Shown here: piece by piece, positions 48,601-57,666 of the stretch | Layout: every line of letters starts with the position of its first letter | Numbering within the stretch: the first letter of the stretch is position 1 | DNA from: an uncultured virus (IMG/VR IMGVR_UViG_3300028883_000045) | Taxonomy: Duplodnaviria > Heunggongvirae > Uroviricota > Caudoviricetes | IMG/VR virus record: IMGVR_UViG_3300028883_000045 | Length of the DNA: 64,000 nt | Direction: 5' to 3' (one strand) | Notes under the pieces: generated by a model | What the model saw: only the letters and a program-made list of their open reading frames with translations | What the model was told of the DNA's origin: nothing | The model's database searches: none | Made by a program: the position numbers and the translations under genes

Positions 48601-48746
48601 AAGAGCACCAATGAGACCGAGTTTGGCCTTGAGCCCGACCACGACCGCGACCACGACCGCGACCACGAGCACGACCACGACCGCGACCACGAGCACGACC
48701 ACGAACGCGAATTCACGTACCCCGTGTGTAGCATGCAGGCGTTCAT
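48597..48746 (-). CDS. Ser-Trp/Arg/Gly repeat peptide, copy B
   Basis: MNACMLHTGYVNSRSWSCSWSRSWSC...; ATGA overlap. Confidence 0.7.
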   Translation of the reverse strand: MNACMLHTGYVNSRSWSCSWSRSWSCSWSRSWSRSWSGSRPNSVSLVLL

Positions 48747-48904
48747 GAGGTTGACCTCGAGTGCGAATACGAATACACCCACGAATGCAGCCATGACCCC
48801 GACCACGACCCCGACCACGACCCCGACCACGACCCCGACCACGACCCCGACCACGACCGCGAATCCGACGTATTCAGTCCCTCTCGCATCATGCAGGCGT
48901 TCAT
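48743..48904 (-). CDS. Ser-Trp/Gly repeat peptide, copy A (absent from ORF track)
   Basis: Hand translation: MNACMMREGLNTSDSR(SWSG)5SWLHSWVYSYSHSRSTS; AGGAGG RBS. Confidence 0.7.
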   Translation of the reverse strand: MNACMMREGLNTSDSRSWSGSWSGSWSGSWSGSWSGSWLHSWVYSYSHSRSTS

Positions 48905-48962
48905 GAAGCATCCCTCCTGTCCGCCCCGGGGGCATTTGCCCCCGGGGCCGCAGGACCAGCCG

Positions 48963-49223
48963 TTACTTCTGCTGCGTCGGCAGGTCGTGGTTCCAGATGG
49001 TCGCGTCCACGATCGCGCCGCGGTTCACGAGCACGGGCCCAGTGAAGGGCTCGACCTCCGACATCTCGCCGTTTGCCAGCGCGTCGTGGAACCGCCCCGT
49101 GTCCGCAACCCAGCTGGCGTTCTCGAGGACGATCTCCTTGTCGTTCACGGATACGAGCTCGCCCACCTGATAGTGCGTCACGCAACGCACCAAGTACTTC
49201 TGCCCTACCTTCCAGAATTCCAT
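48963..49223 (-). CDS. Small beta-barrel (Sm-like/DUF6948-like) protein
   Basis: AGGAGG RBS; VGQKYLVR.VTHY..G.L......I.L..ASWVADTGRF; fold inferred. Confidence 0.55.
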   Translation of the reverse strand: MEFWKVGQKYLVRCVTHYQVGELVSVNDKEIVLENASWVADTGRFHDALANGEMSEVEPFTGPVLVNRGAIVDATIWNHDLPTQQK

Positions 49224-49252
49224 GACTCTCCTCCTCTTGTTTTCAAAAGCAA

Positions 49253-49966
49253 TCACAACCAGGCCAGAACTTTTCTGGCCAACTCCAGGTCGTTACTGTC
49301 GTGCACTTCGATCGCGCCCTTGTCCGGCACCGGAACGATCCGGGAGCCGAGCCACGCAAAGGCGTCGTCTCGATCGCAGGTCATGAGCACCTCGGTGCGC
49401 ACAACCGCGCAGCTACCGGTAGCGATGAACCTCTCGTCGAAGTCCTGCATGCGGTAATTCCGCCCGATCCTGCAGCGCACCAGCGCCCCGGACCGGTCCT
49501 TGACCCACATCCACTCCGGGATGCAACAGATCGGCCGGACGGTCATGCTGGACGTGGCCTCGTCATCACGCTGCAGGGCCCGTATGCACCTGTTGATGGT
49601 TTTCGACGTGATCGTCGGGACGTTGCCGGGTATGCAGGCCACGTATTTGAACTTGCGGATGCTGCCCGCAATCTGCCGTACGACCTCCTGCATCGGCCTG
49701 TGGATACTGGCCGAATCGGTAGCTGTCTCCGGACTCCGCTCGACCAGCTGTATCCGATGCTTCCAGGACTCCTCCCGGGCCAGCGCTTTGACGAACCGGC
49801 TGTCGGTCGACACCGCGACCTCAGATGCCATGGAACCCGTGGCGGCCCCGAACGCGTACTCGATCATGGGGTTCCGACCCACGTACTGAGAATGTTTGTT
49901 GCACAGGCGCTTGCTCCCGGCCCGCGCGCAGATGATCGCAAGAGTGCTCAAATCAGACTTCCCCAC
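49253..49966 (-). CDS. Acylneuraminate cytidylyltransferase (NeuA/PseF family)
   Basis: IICARAGSKRL.NK, VSTDS, IEV....DLE. Confidence 0.85.
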   Translation of the reverse strand: MGKSDLSTLAIICARAGSKRLCNKHSQYVGRNPMIEYAFGAATGSMASEVAVSTDSRFVKALAREESWKHRIQLVERSPETATDSASIHRPMQEVVRQIAGSIRKFKYVACIPGNVPTITSKTINRCIRALQRDDEATSSMTVRPICCIPEWMWVKDRSGALVRCRIGRNYRMQDFDERFIATGSCAVVRTEVLMTCDRDDAFAWLGSRIVPVPDKGAIEVHDSNDLELARKVLAWL

Positions 49967-51273
49967 TTTGCTGTCTCGCGCACAATTCTCGCGCGCGCTT
50001 CCTGCAGCCAGTATCCGCTCTGATTGGTCAGGTTCGCATACGGCCTCTCCCTGAAATCCCCCAGCGCGCGCACGTAGGCCAGCTCGTCTCCGATCCGGCC
50101 CGTCTCGACCGCTGTATCGTAGAGCGGAGTGCCCGGCAACGGGGTGGTGAAGAACACCACCTCAGGCCTGGTCTTCGTGCGCCGGCACAGTTCTATGCTC
50201 TCCTGTATGCTCTCGTCATCCTCGACGGGAGACCCTACCATCATGCTGTAGTCAGCTCCTCCGAACACCTCCTTACACGTATTGATCGCCTTCTCGTTCT
50301 GTTCGACCGTGGTCCGCTTGTTGTAGCTGTCGAGCACCTTCTGGCTGCCGGACTCGATGCCGAGTCCCACCAGGACACAGCCAGCCTCTTGCATGGCGAG
50401 CAGCAGGTCCGGGCTGCAGTGGTTCGCGCGCGCGGCGCAACCCCACGTGCAGTCTACCAGGTACGTATGTCCCATAATGCCGGCGCACAGTTCGCGCATC
50501 CAGTCGGCATCGGCCGTCGATAGATCGTCGGCCGCGTGGAAATACCGGACCCCGTACCGCTGCCACAGGATCTCCATCTCGTGGATGATGTCCGCGGGGG
50601 TGCGCTTGCGGTACTTCAGTCCCATCTGGCAGTGGCTGCAGAACGCGCATGCGTAAGGGCAACCCCGGGCCCAGACCAGGTTCATGCTGCGGGGCACCGG
50701 ATCACCGCCGGGTATCCCGCCGGACCACTTGTTGCGGTTGACCGCGCCCACCGGATTGCGGGTGTAGGCCTCCATGTTGAACGCCGACCAGAGGGGCAGG
50801 AGCTCGGAGTTCAGAGGCCCGGCCTTCAGCTGCATCCAGATCGGGGACCTGTCCGGCCGATCGAGGTCCCCGTTTTGGAGCGTCTCGGCGAACAGCGGCT
50901 CGGACTCCCCCTGCCAGACATCAACCCCGAGCCACTCGTGCAGCCTGCCGCCCAACACCGAGATCGGGCCGCCCACTATGACCGGGGCATCGGCCCGGAC
51001 GTCCCGGACCCAGCCCACGATCTCCTCGACCCTCGAGAACTGCGTCACGATCGCGCTGATGCCCACGTGCGTGAACCCGCCCGTCCCGAACTTCGAACGG
51101 ACGGTGTTCTCGATGTCAGGATGCCCGTAACGGGTAACGTTGAGGTCGAGCACCTCGCAGGGGACCCCCGCCTCCCGCAGCGCGGCCGCCGTGTAGGCCA
51201 GGCCCAGCGGCAGGTTCGCCGGCAGGGCCTCTTCGCGTATGGGCGGGTGGATAAGGAGGATTTTCATGATCAT
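49948..51273 (-). CDS. B12-binding radical SAM protein
   Basis: PLGLAY.AA.L; VGG; RGCPYACAFC; GIESGSQ. Confidence 0.9.
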   Translation of the reverse strand: MIMKILLIHPPIREEALPANLPLGLAYTAAALREAGVPCEVLDLNVTRYGHPDIENTVRSKFGTGGFTHVGISAIVTQFSRVEEIVGWVRDVRADAPVIVGGPISVLGGRLHEWLGVDVWQGESEPLFAETLQNGDLDRPDRSPIWMQLKAGPLNSELLPLWSAFNMEAYTRNPVGAVNRNKWSGGIPGGDPVPRSMNLVWARGCPYACAFCSHCQMGLKYRKRTPADIIHEMEILWQRYGVRYFHAADDLSTADADWMRELCAGIMGHTYLVDCTWGCAARANHCSPDLLLAMQEAGCVLVGLGIESGSQKVLDSYNKRTTVEQNEKAINTCKEVFGGADYSMMVGSPVEDDESIQESIELCRRTKTRPEVVFFTTPLPGTPLYDTAVETGRIGDELAYVRALGDFRERPYANLTNQSGYWLQEARARIVRETAKWGSLI

Positions 51274-51302
51274 TCCTCTGGATACGAATTGGGAGGGGGC
51301 GG

Positions 51303-51563
51303 CTACTTCCTCAACCACAGCGCCAGTGCGGTCGCCAGGATGAACATGCTCGCCACCGCGATCCCCGCCGCCTTGATGAGCGGGTGAACGGGGACCGCCT
51401 CGATCAGAGACCATGTCACCCCCACCACGGCGGTGACCAGCAGCAGAGCCGAAAACACGATGGTCACGCAGCCCATGCTGGTGATCCAGATGCTCAGGAA
51501 TGGTTCTGATCTGCTGGGCTCTGGTCCCACATCCGTCTCCTTCGCCGCTCGGCGTTCTTCCAC
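51303..51563 (-). CDS. Two-TM membrane protein
   Basis: Two hydrophobic segments. Confidence 0.45.
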   Translation of the reverse strand: MEERRAAKETDVGPEPSRSEPFLSIWITSMGCVTIVFSALLLVTAVVGVTWSLIEAVPVHPLIKAAGIAVASMFILATALALWLRK

Positions 51564-51841
51564 ATCGCGTCGATGATATTCGCGAGGCAGTCCCGGTCGC
51601 AGAAGTCGAACCTCTCCTCCATCCAGGCCACCGGCACCACGTCACCGGGCTCGTGGTCCGGATTGGGACTGCCGTCCTCCAGCAGCGGCGGCGTCCTGGT
51701 GCAGCTGATCACCACCGCCAGGAAATCCCGCTTGGGGTTCTTCGGGTGCGGGCCCAGGGCCGCCCTGATGTTGTAGCCGGCGTGCAGGCTCCCACACGCG
51801 TCGCAGATCCGCTCCGCTCCGTACCTAGTAGCGTCGTTCAT
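51494..51841 (-). CDS. Cys-containing hypothetical protein
   Basis: CDAC...FC...C; ATGA overlap. Confidence 0.5.
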   Translation of the reverse strand: MNDATRYGAERICDACGSLHAGYNIRAALGPHPKNPKRDFLAVVISCTRTPPLLEDGSPNPDHEPGDVVPVAWMEERFDFCDRDCLANIIDAMWKNAERRRRRMWDQSPADQNHS

Positions 51842-52584
51842 CGCTCGCTCCCATCGGACTGGTAGGACCGGTGGCCGCGGTAGTCGCCCTTGAGCAGACC
51901 GGCCAGGTCCCAGGTGGGGTCGTAGGCGCTCTCGAACGACCGGATCGAGATGATGTCCGACAGTTCGATCTCCGGGCTCTTCTGGAACACCAGGTAGACC
52001 GGAACGAAGGGCGTGTTTTGGAGCGTAGTCACGCGCTCGCCGTTGGAGTTGACTGAGGTCGCAGGAACCGCCTCGGATTCCTGCTCGCCCTTGAACAGCG
52101 AAACCCCCAGCTCGAGGCCCCCGCGCTGAAGCAGGACCGCCCACACGTCCGAGACGACCTTCTTGAGGGAGTAAAACGGGTCCCAGTGTTTGAACCGAAA
52201 ATATACCTCAGGGTTTTCGGACAGCGCGGGAATGGTCTCCAGCGGGACCGCCTCCGCGGTCGTGACCGGTCGCTTGTCGTGCCCGTGCCCGACGTCCAGC
52301 TGGTAGATCGGAACGCTGAACACGTCGTCCCGACTCGGTTCGACCCCGTCCTGCGAGTAGGGGCTCACCTCGGTCACGGCCTCCAGCGTCACGACGTCGG
52401 CCTCGATGTTGAGACCCGGGGTCCATAGCTCGGGATTGGCATCATCCCAGTTCCCGGCCCGCAGGGTCAGCTGCCGGCCGCCGGCTGCGAATATGTTGTT
52501 CGCAATCTCGCCGGCACAACCCACAAACCCCCAGCACTGCTCCCTCGAGGCCTGCGGAAACAACTTGTCGATCTGCTCTGGCAT
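51838..52584 (-). CDS. Hypothetical protein
   Basis: GGAGG RBS; biased codons; promoter upstream. Confidence 0.55.
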   Translation of the reverse strand: MPEQIDKLFPQASREQCWGFVGCAGEIANNIFAAGGRQLTLRAGNWDDANPELWTPGLNIEADVVTLEAVTEVSPYSQDGVEPSRDDVFSVPIYQLDVGHGHDKRPVTTAEAVPLETIPALSENPEVYFRFKHWDPFYSLKKVVSDVWAVLLQRGGLELGVSLFKGEQESEAVPATSVNSNGERVTTLQNTPFVPVYLVFQKSPEIELSDIISIRSFESAYDPTWDLAGLLKGDYRGHRSYQSDGSER

Positions 52585-52759
52585 TCTCTCATCCTCCAAT
52601 GGAATCAAAAGTGGGCCGGCGCCCGCGCAACGTTGTCGTCCAGGCATAGGAGGACGAGTCCGAGATGCCCAGGTGTGGGTCCCCGCTGGACGCCGGCCCG
52701 TAGAACATTCGCTGTTGGGTGTTAGGGTCCAAGGTGAGTTTCGTCCTCCTGCAATTCGA

Positions 52760-52788
52760 ATCATATCCCGGGTTGCGAATCGAGTCAA
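52760..52788 (-). promoter_or_regulatory. Sigma70-like promoter (minus strand)
   Basis: TTGACT-17 nt-TATGAT. Confidence 0.6.
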
Positions 52789-52809
52789 AAGGATTTTCTG
52801 AAAATCCGC

Positions 52810-53349
52810 TCACCCGAGCTCGAAGGAACTTTTCCCTATTTCCCTCTCGAACAGCCCACCCAGCTGCTGCCGGCGGGCGCCCCAGGCCACCCTGACCGTC
52901 TGCATGAACCGCTGCCGCTCGTCCCGGCTTTCGAGGACCCCGGGCTCCAGCGCTCGATCCAGCGCGGCGGCGAGCCCCTCGTTATCCGGCCGGATCCACT
53001 CGATCGCCACCTCGGCTCTGGCAATGGCCCGCGCGACCGCTGTAACGCTCGCCAGGGCCCTCCGGTAGCCGTCCAAGTCCATCTGGTCCAGAGGACCCTG
53101 CAGGACCTCCCGGGCCGCCCGCGGGGCCTTGTCCCCGACGATCTCGAGAATTGCATTCGTCTTTTGCAGCTGCAGGTGCCAGCCGGCATACGGAGTGGCG
53201 GGCGCCGCAGGTTCGACCTCGGGGACCTCGGGGACCTCGGGGGCCTCGGGAGGTTCGGGGGGTTTGGAGGTGTCCGGAACCGACTCGGCCTCGGGCGCAG
53301 GCCCCGGCTTCGAAACGCTCTCGGCGATGATGCGCCTGAAATCGACCAT
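52810..53349 (-). CDS. Hypothetical protein with PEV repeats
   Basis: PEAPEVPEVPEV linker; TGATG overlap. Confidence 0.5.
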   Translation of the reverse strand: MVDFRRIIAESVSKPGPAPEAESVPDTSKPPEPPEAPEVPEVPEVEPAAPATPYAGWHLQLQKTNAILEIVGDKAPRAAREVLQGPLDQMDLDGYRRALASVTAVARAIARAEVAIEWIRPDNEGLAAALDRALEPGVLESRDERQRFMQTVRVAWGARRQQLGGLFEREIGKSSFELG

Positions 53350-53709
53350 CAGGCCTCGATCCTCCGGAGCCAGTTCGGCTCGCAAACCCCGTCTTTCCAG
53401 ACGTATATCATGATCGTGGTCCCGGGCAGATAGAAGCTTTCGCCAGAAACGGCGCACTTCAGGTCGAACCGCCGGCACGTATCGAGCAGGTCTCCGAGGA
53501 CCTCCATGTTGGCGCCGTAGGGCTCGGAGGTCACAAGGACCGGATGACCGCCCCTCAGCCACATCATCGCGTGGTCCACCCATATCCCCGGCAGACCTAC
53601 GCAATTGTGGCCGTTGCAGTGCTCTCCCAGGAGACCAGTGAGACAGGTATGGCCGCGAGAACGTTTTAGACCTAGCTCTGCGGCCCAGGCCTTCCGCTTG
53701 TCCTCGCCC

Positions 53710-54009
53710 TCACTCCGAATCAGGTTGATGTCCACTGGTGTCCTCCGCGGCCATTTCGGCCTCCGCGGCCTCCACGGCCTCCCTGGCCGTAACAATCCCG
53801 TTTTTGATCTGCTCGATCTCCCGCGCGCCCTTCTCGGTTTTCGAGAACTCGGCCAGCCACCTCGACAGATCCTCAGTCGAGACCAGAACCGCGTTCCGGA
53901 GGCCGCACCCCCATTGCTCCGAAACCAGCCGGCCCTTTCGGATCTCCGTCCTGATTCTCGATTCAGAAACCCCCGCCAGTTTTGCGGCGATTACTACGTC
54001 TATCATCAT
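53710..54009 (-). CDS. Excisionase/MerR-like HTH protein
   Basis: AAKLAGVSESRIRTEIRKGRL; GGAGG RBS; TTGACA-16 nt-TACAGT promoter-like sequence upstream. Confidence 0.6.
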   Translation of the reverse strand: MMIDVVIAAKLAGVSESRIRTEIRKGRLVSEQWGCGLRNAVLVSTEDLSRWLAEFSKTEKGAREIEQIKNGIVTAREAVEAAEAEMAAEDTSGHQPDSE

Positions 54010-54116
54010 TTTGCACAACCTCCCTCTTGGTTTTCCGTTTGGCACCCAATCTACTGTACGGAGAGTTTTGAAATTGTCAACCCGTGTTTTTGATTTTTCG
54101 CAGACACCCCCGGCCC

Positions 54117-54629
54117 TGGACCAAAACGGTCCACGTTGGACCGAAACGGTCCAAGTTTGGACCGAAAACGGTCCACGAAATGGTCGCCTAATTTCAGAAT
54201 TCTATTTTGTAAGTCGCTGTGCCCCAATGGCCCAATGTGTACTCTGAACGTTTGGGCGCGTTGGACCACTTTTTCGGAAGAGTATTTAAAAATATACGTG
54301 TGAGAGTCTCCACAGGATTAGTTTTTTTTGACCCCCCGTTCTCAGGTTCCTCAAATACTTTTTCGGAAATGTCGTATTTTGGTCCAGCGGGGGGTAGTAG
54401 TAGTAGGTAGGTAGGTAGGTTAAGTTATATATATATATAGGGTTACGGTCCAGGGGGTCCAGCGAATTCTCTGAAAGTTTTTGGACCGAATACCAAAACA
54501 GAACGGTCCATACCCTGCCATAAGTTTCAGAGTAGTCGCCGGACACCCCTTTAACCCACACCTTTTCACCTAGTTAAAGAGCGGTCCAGGGTCGGTCCAA
54601 CACCCGGATTTCGGTCCAAAAACGGTCCA
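54117..54629. repeat. Putative replication origin with GGTCCA/TGGACC iterons
   Basis: 16 copies counted in both orientations around an AT-rich (TA)n core, directly downstream of the primase-helicase. Confidence 0.7.
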
Positions 54630-54722
54630 CTGTTTCAGAGTAGTCGGTTCGAAAGCGCGAATAAGCGCAAAAAACGCGGCCTAAGCCGCGTAGATGCGAA
54701 GCCTATCCTAGATTTCAGAGAA

Positions 54723-57464
54723 TCAGAATGTTGCCTGTTCGGGATTGCCTTTGGAGGGCCCTGTGGGCTCTGGGGTGAACTCCTGATTCATGATCCACTC
54801 TGCCAGGCCCTGCGGACAGGCGGGGTGAGCGGGGTTGATGGCGATGCAGTTGGGGCGCCCGGTTCCGATCCGGAACCGCCGGCACTTCTCCGCAATCACA
54901 TAGTCCTCCTTGCGCAGTATGGATTGGATCGACACCGATCCCGGCATCCCGCGATCCCTGGCCGGCCGCTGTTTGAGCCACTCGCTGTAGGCCTGTCTGA
55001 TCGCCAGGTAGAACACGCCGGTGTAGGAAGCGTAGTGCACGCCGGACCTGATGACGCCCATCCGGGCCAGCATGGGCAGATCCTCGAGAAATTCATCCGA
55101 GGGCTTCTGGACCACGGACTCCCCGGTCACATCTTCGCATCGGCGGGCCACCCATTCCGTGAACCCGAACTCGTCCTCGGGTTCGGGGTTGATGATCAGC
55201 GAATAGGCCGCCAGCACCGCACCGTAGTTGTTGCAGGCGCGCGCGTCGCCCTTGAGCGTGCTGCTGGTCTCCCTCAGGGTCGCGATCATTTCCTCGGCTG
55301 ACGGCCCATTGGTGAGCACCCAGGGCAGGACCTTGGGGAACAGGGTCCGGCTCAGGTTATCACGGATCTCCTTGTACTCGGCCCCGACCTTACCGGCTTC
55401 CTTGTCCTCGACGCTCATGTTCCGGAAGATCGCGAGCAGGCAGCGGGTGTTCAGCGCGGCGTCCGAGGGCCGGTGCTCGCCACCGATCATGACCGGCGCG
55501 CGGGGGATCACCACCCGGGTTTCGTTGGTGTCGTTTCGGGTGCCCTTTTTGATCGGAGAGCGGTCGTAGACCGAGCGCAGCAGCGACTCTTTGTTTCCGG
55601 AACTGAGTCCCATGTCCCGGCACTCGTCGAGGAACAGCGGGATGTTGTCGAGCAGGGAGATGTTCCGCTCCCACGCGACCGAGGTGTTCTTGTCGGAGTT
55701 GGAGTCCCCGCGGGTGATTCCGAACATCCGGCCGGACCACCTGCCGAGCGTCGTCTTTCCGCTCTGCGGCTCTCCGAGCATGAACATGATCGGGAACCCC
55801 TCCAGGTGCTCGTAGATCGCGTCGCTGTAGATCGCGGCCAGGGTCCACGAGAAGACCAGCAGAGCCTCGTGACCGCTGCGTTCGGCGCCGCCGTAGTTCC
55901 GGAACAGCCGGCGCGCGATGTCCTTGATGTCCACCTGGTCCAGGTTCGAGAAGTCCGGGGACGGCAGCCCCCGGTAGTCGACCTCTCCGTTGGCGATGTT
56001 GCCCAGGCCGCACTTGTAGCCGTGCTGCCCGTTCCAGCTGGCCTTGCTGACCGGATCGGGGGGCACGAACTCTCCGTTGATGTACGCCCCGTTGGCGAAC
56101 AGCCAGACGTCGTGTTCGGGCAGGTAGCCGATCTGGTTGGGCTCGATGATCAACCGGTCGCCGGCCCGCAGGTCCTCGTACCTGACCACCAGGTCGAAGT
56201 TCTGTGGGTTTCCCCAGAAGTGGTGGTTGGAAATTCCGGAGGACAGCGCGAAGGCCTTGAATCGCCCAAGCTGGCTGATGCAGTCGGGGCTGGACTTCCA
56301 GGACCTCACTGCCGGCAGGTCGGAGGGGTTGATCTCGCTGCCGGAGAAGTCGGTCACCGGGGTTCCGTGCAGCCCGTTGTGGTGCCCGAGCGGATGATGC
56401 GGCGGGTAGAAGGCCACGTGCCGGCAGGTTCGGGGTTCGCCGTCTACCATGGTCATGACCTTGGCAGTGAAGTCCATCGTGAAGTCGCTGACTCGCGCGA
56501 ACTCGCCGTCCTTCTCCATGACGTAGTACCCGTTGTAGCGTCTCTCGACTCTTCGGCTCAGGTAGGCCCGGTCCATGTGCCGGCTGACTACCCGCTGGGC
56601 CTCTTCGTTCAGGCTGCGGAGGTACTCCAGCCAGGTCCTTTTGCTGGCGACCACGGACTGGAACGCCTCGACGGTGTATCCTTGCCCCAGCGCGCCGTCG
56701 ATATCGATCTTCCCGTTCACCCGCCAGGCGTCGGGCAGCGGGCATATCGAGACGTCGTTGAACAGGCCGGACTCCTGGAGCTTGCGGGTCATGAGGATGG
56801 CGTAGAGCGGGGTGTCCCACCTGACGACCTCGTTGACCTTGTATCCCGGCAGCTCCGGGTCGTTCTTGATCTCGTTGTCGAAGATGATCCGGATGTCGGT
56901 GATCCCCTCTCCGGTCATCAGGGAGCAGAGCTTGTCGAAGTGCTTCCTGTAACACGACTGGATTCCGGGGATCCCCACCGCGGAGTATCCATACTGGTAC
57001 GCGGCGACCGCCTTGTAGGCGCTCTCGGTCAGTATGGCCAGCGAGTGGTTGACGATCCCCGTGGCGCTGTAGCTGCCGGTGCCGATCAGGTACGGTTCGA
57101 TCCCCTGTCCTTTGAATCCGGACTCCTTGTGAATCTGGATGAAGTAGACCTCGCCGTGCTGGTTGAGGTGCGGGATCAGCTGCAGGGAGTCGTCCAGGAG
57201 AGGTGCGTAGGTCCTGAACCCGGACAGGTCCTTGCGAGGAACGATGACCCCGTGCGAAACCAGTAGCTCCGATCCGTATTGCTGCTGCAAATCGGCGACC
57301 ACCTGTTCCATGTGCGGCCCGCACGAGCGGAAGCGGCAGGCGTCGATGATGTCGGGGCTGAATCCCCGTTCGGTCATGAGCTTTTCGCGGTGAGTTGCGG
57401 TCAGGATACAGGAGTCGTGATTGATCAGGCTGTTGTAAACGTTGATGATTGCAGGTGGGACCAC
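54723..57464 (-). CDS. TOPRIM (DUF3854-like) primase fused to a P-loop helicase
   Basis: LTES..KA, VGIPG, IIFDNE, DIDG; Walker A GEPQSGKTT; Walker B LFLDE. Confidence 0.85.
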   Translation of the reverse strand: MVPPAIINVYNSLINHDSCILTATHREKLMTERGFSPDIIDACRFRSCGPHMEQVVADLQQQYGSELLVSHGVIVPRKDLSGFRTYAPLLDDSLQLIPHLNQHGEVYFIQIHKESGFKGQGIEPYLIGTGSYSATGIVNHSLAILTESAYKAVAAYQYGYSAVGIPGIQSCYRKHFDKLCSLMTGEGITDIRIIFDNEIKNDPELPGYKVNEVVRWDTPLYAILMTRKLQESGLFNDVSICPLPDAWRVNGKIDIDGALGQGYTVEAFQSVVASKRTWLEYLRSLNEEAQRVVSRHMDRAYLSRRVERRYNGYYVMEKDGEFARVSDFTMDFTAKVMTMVDGEPRTCRHVAFYPPHHPLGHHNGLHGTPVTDFSGSEINPSDLPAVRSWKSSPDCISQLGRFKAFALSSGISNHHFWGNPQNFDLVVRYEDLRAGDRLIIEPNQIGYLPEHDVWLFANGAYINGEFVPPDPVSKASWNGQHGYKCGLGNIANGEVDYRGLPSPDFSNLDQVDIKDIARRLFRNYGGAERSGHEALLVFSWTLAAIYSDAIYEHLEGFPIMFMLGEPQSGKTTLGRWSGRMFGITRGDSNSDKNTSVAWERNISLLDNIPLFLDECRDMGLSSGNKESLLRSVYDRSPIKKGTRNDTNETRVVIPRAPVMIGGEHRPSDAALNTRCLLAIFRNMSVEDKEAGKVGAEYKEIRDNLSRTLFPKVLPWVLTNGPSAEEMIATLRETSSTLKGDARACNNYGAVLAAYSLIINPEPEDEFGFTEWVARRCEDVTGESVVQKPSDEFLEDLPMLARMGVIRSGVHYASYTGVFYLAIRQAYSEWLKQRPARDRGMPGSVSIQSILRKEDYVIAEKCRRFRIGTGRPNCIAINPAHPACPQGLAEWIMNQEFTPEPTGPSKGNPEQATF

Positions 57465-57666
57465 GGGCCGGTTCCTTCCTACTCCCCCGAGGTAAACAGA
57501 GGGCGCCCGTCGTGGACCCCGCGCGGGGAGGGATGAACGACGCGGATGGCCCCGCAATTCATGCAGGGCCCACGAAACGGGCGCCCTCTGTCAGAGGCTA
57601 TGAGTATTTGTCTATGCCGTTCATCCCAGCGAGACTTCTACCAAGACAGGTCGCACCGGTCAAGAC

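Noticed and set aside
36340..48904. Diversity-generating retroelement behind the peptide variation
   Set aside because: No reverse transcriptase is visible and the variation is not adenine-specific.
36340..48935. Val-rich, Gly-Arg, Thr-rich or Asp-Arg ORFs over the hexamer repeats
   Set aside because: These are alternative frames or strands; only the Ser frame has the conserved leader and start/stop coupling in all six copies.
55390..57324. Long overlapping ORFs such as 55390-57324(-), 55473-57266(+), 59963-61468(+), 11625-13253(-) and 9590-10930(-)
   Set aside because: Shadow ORFs of high-GC genes with no recognisable motifs.
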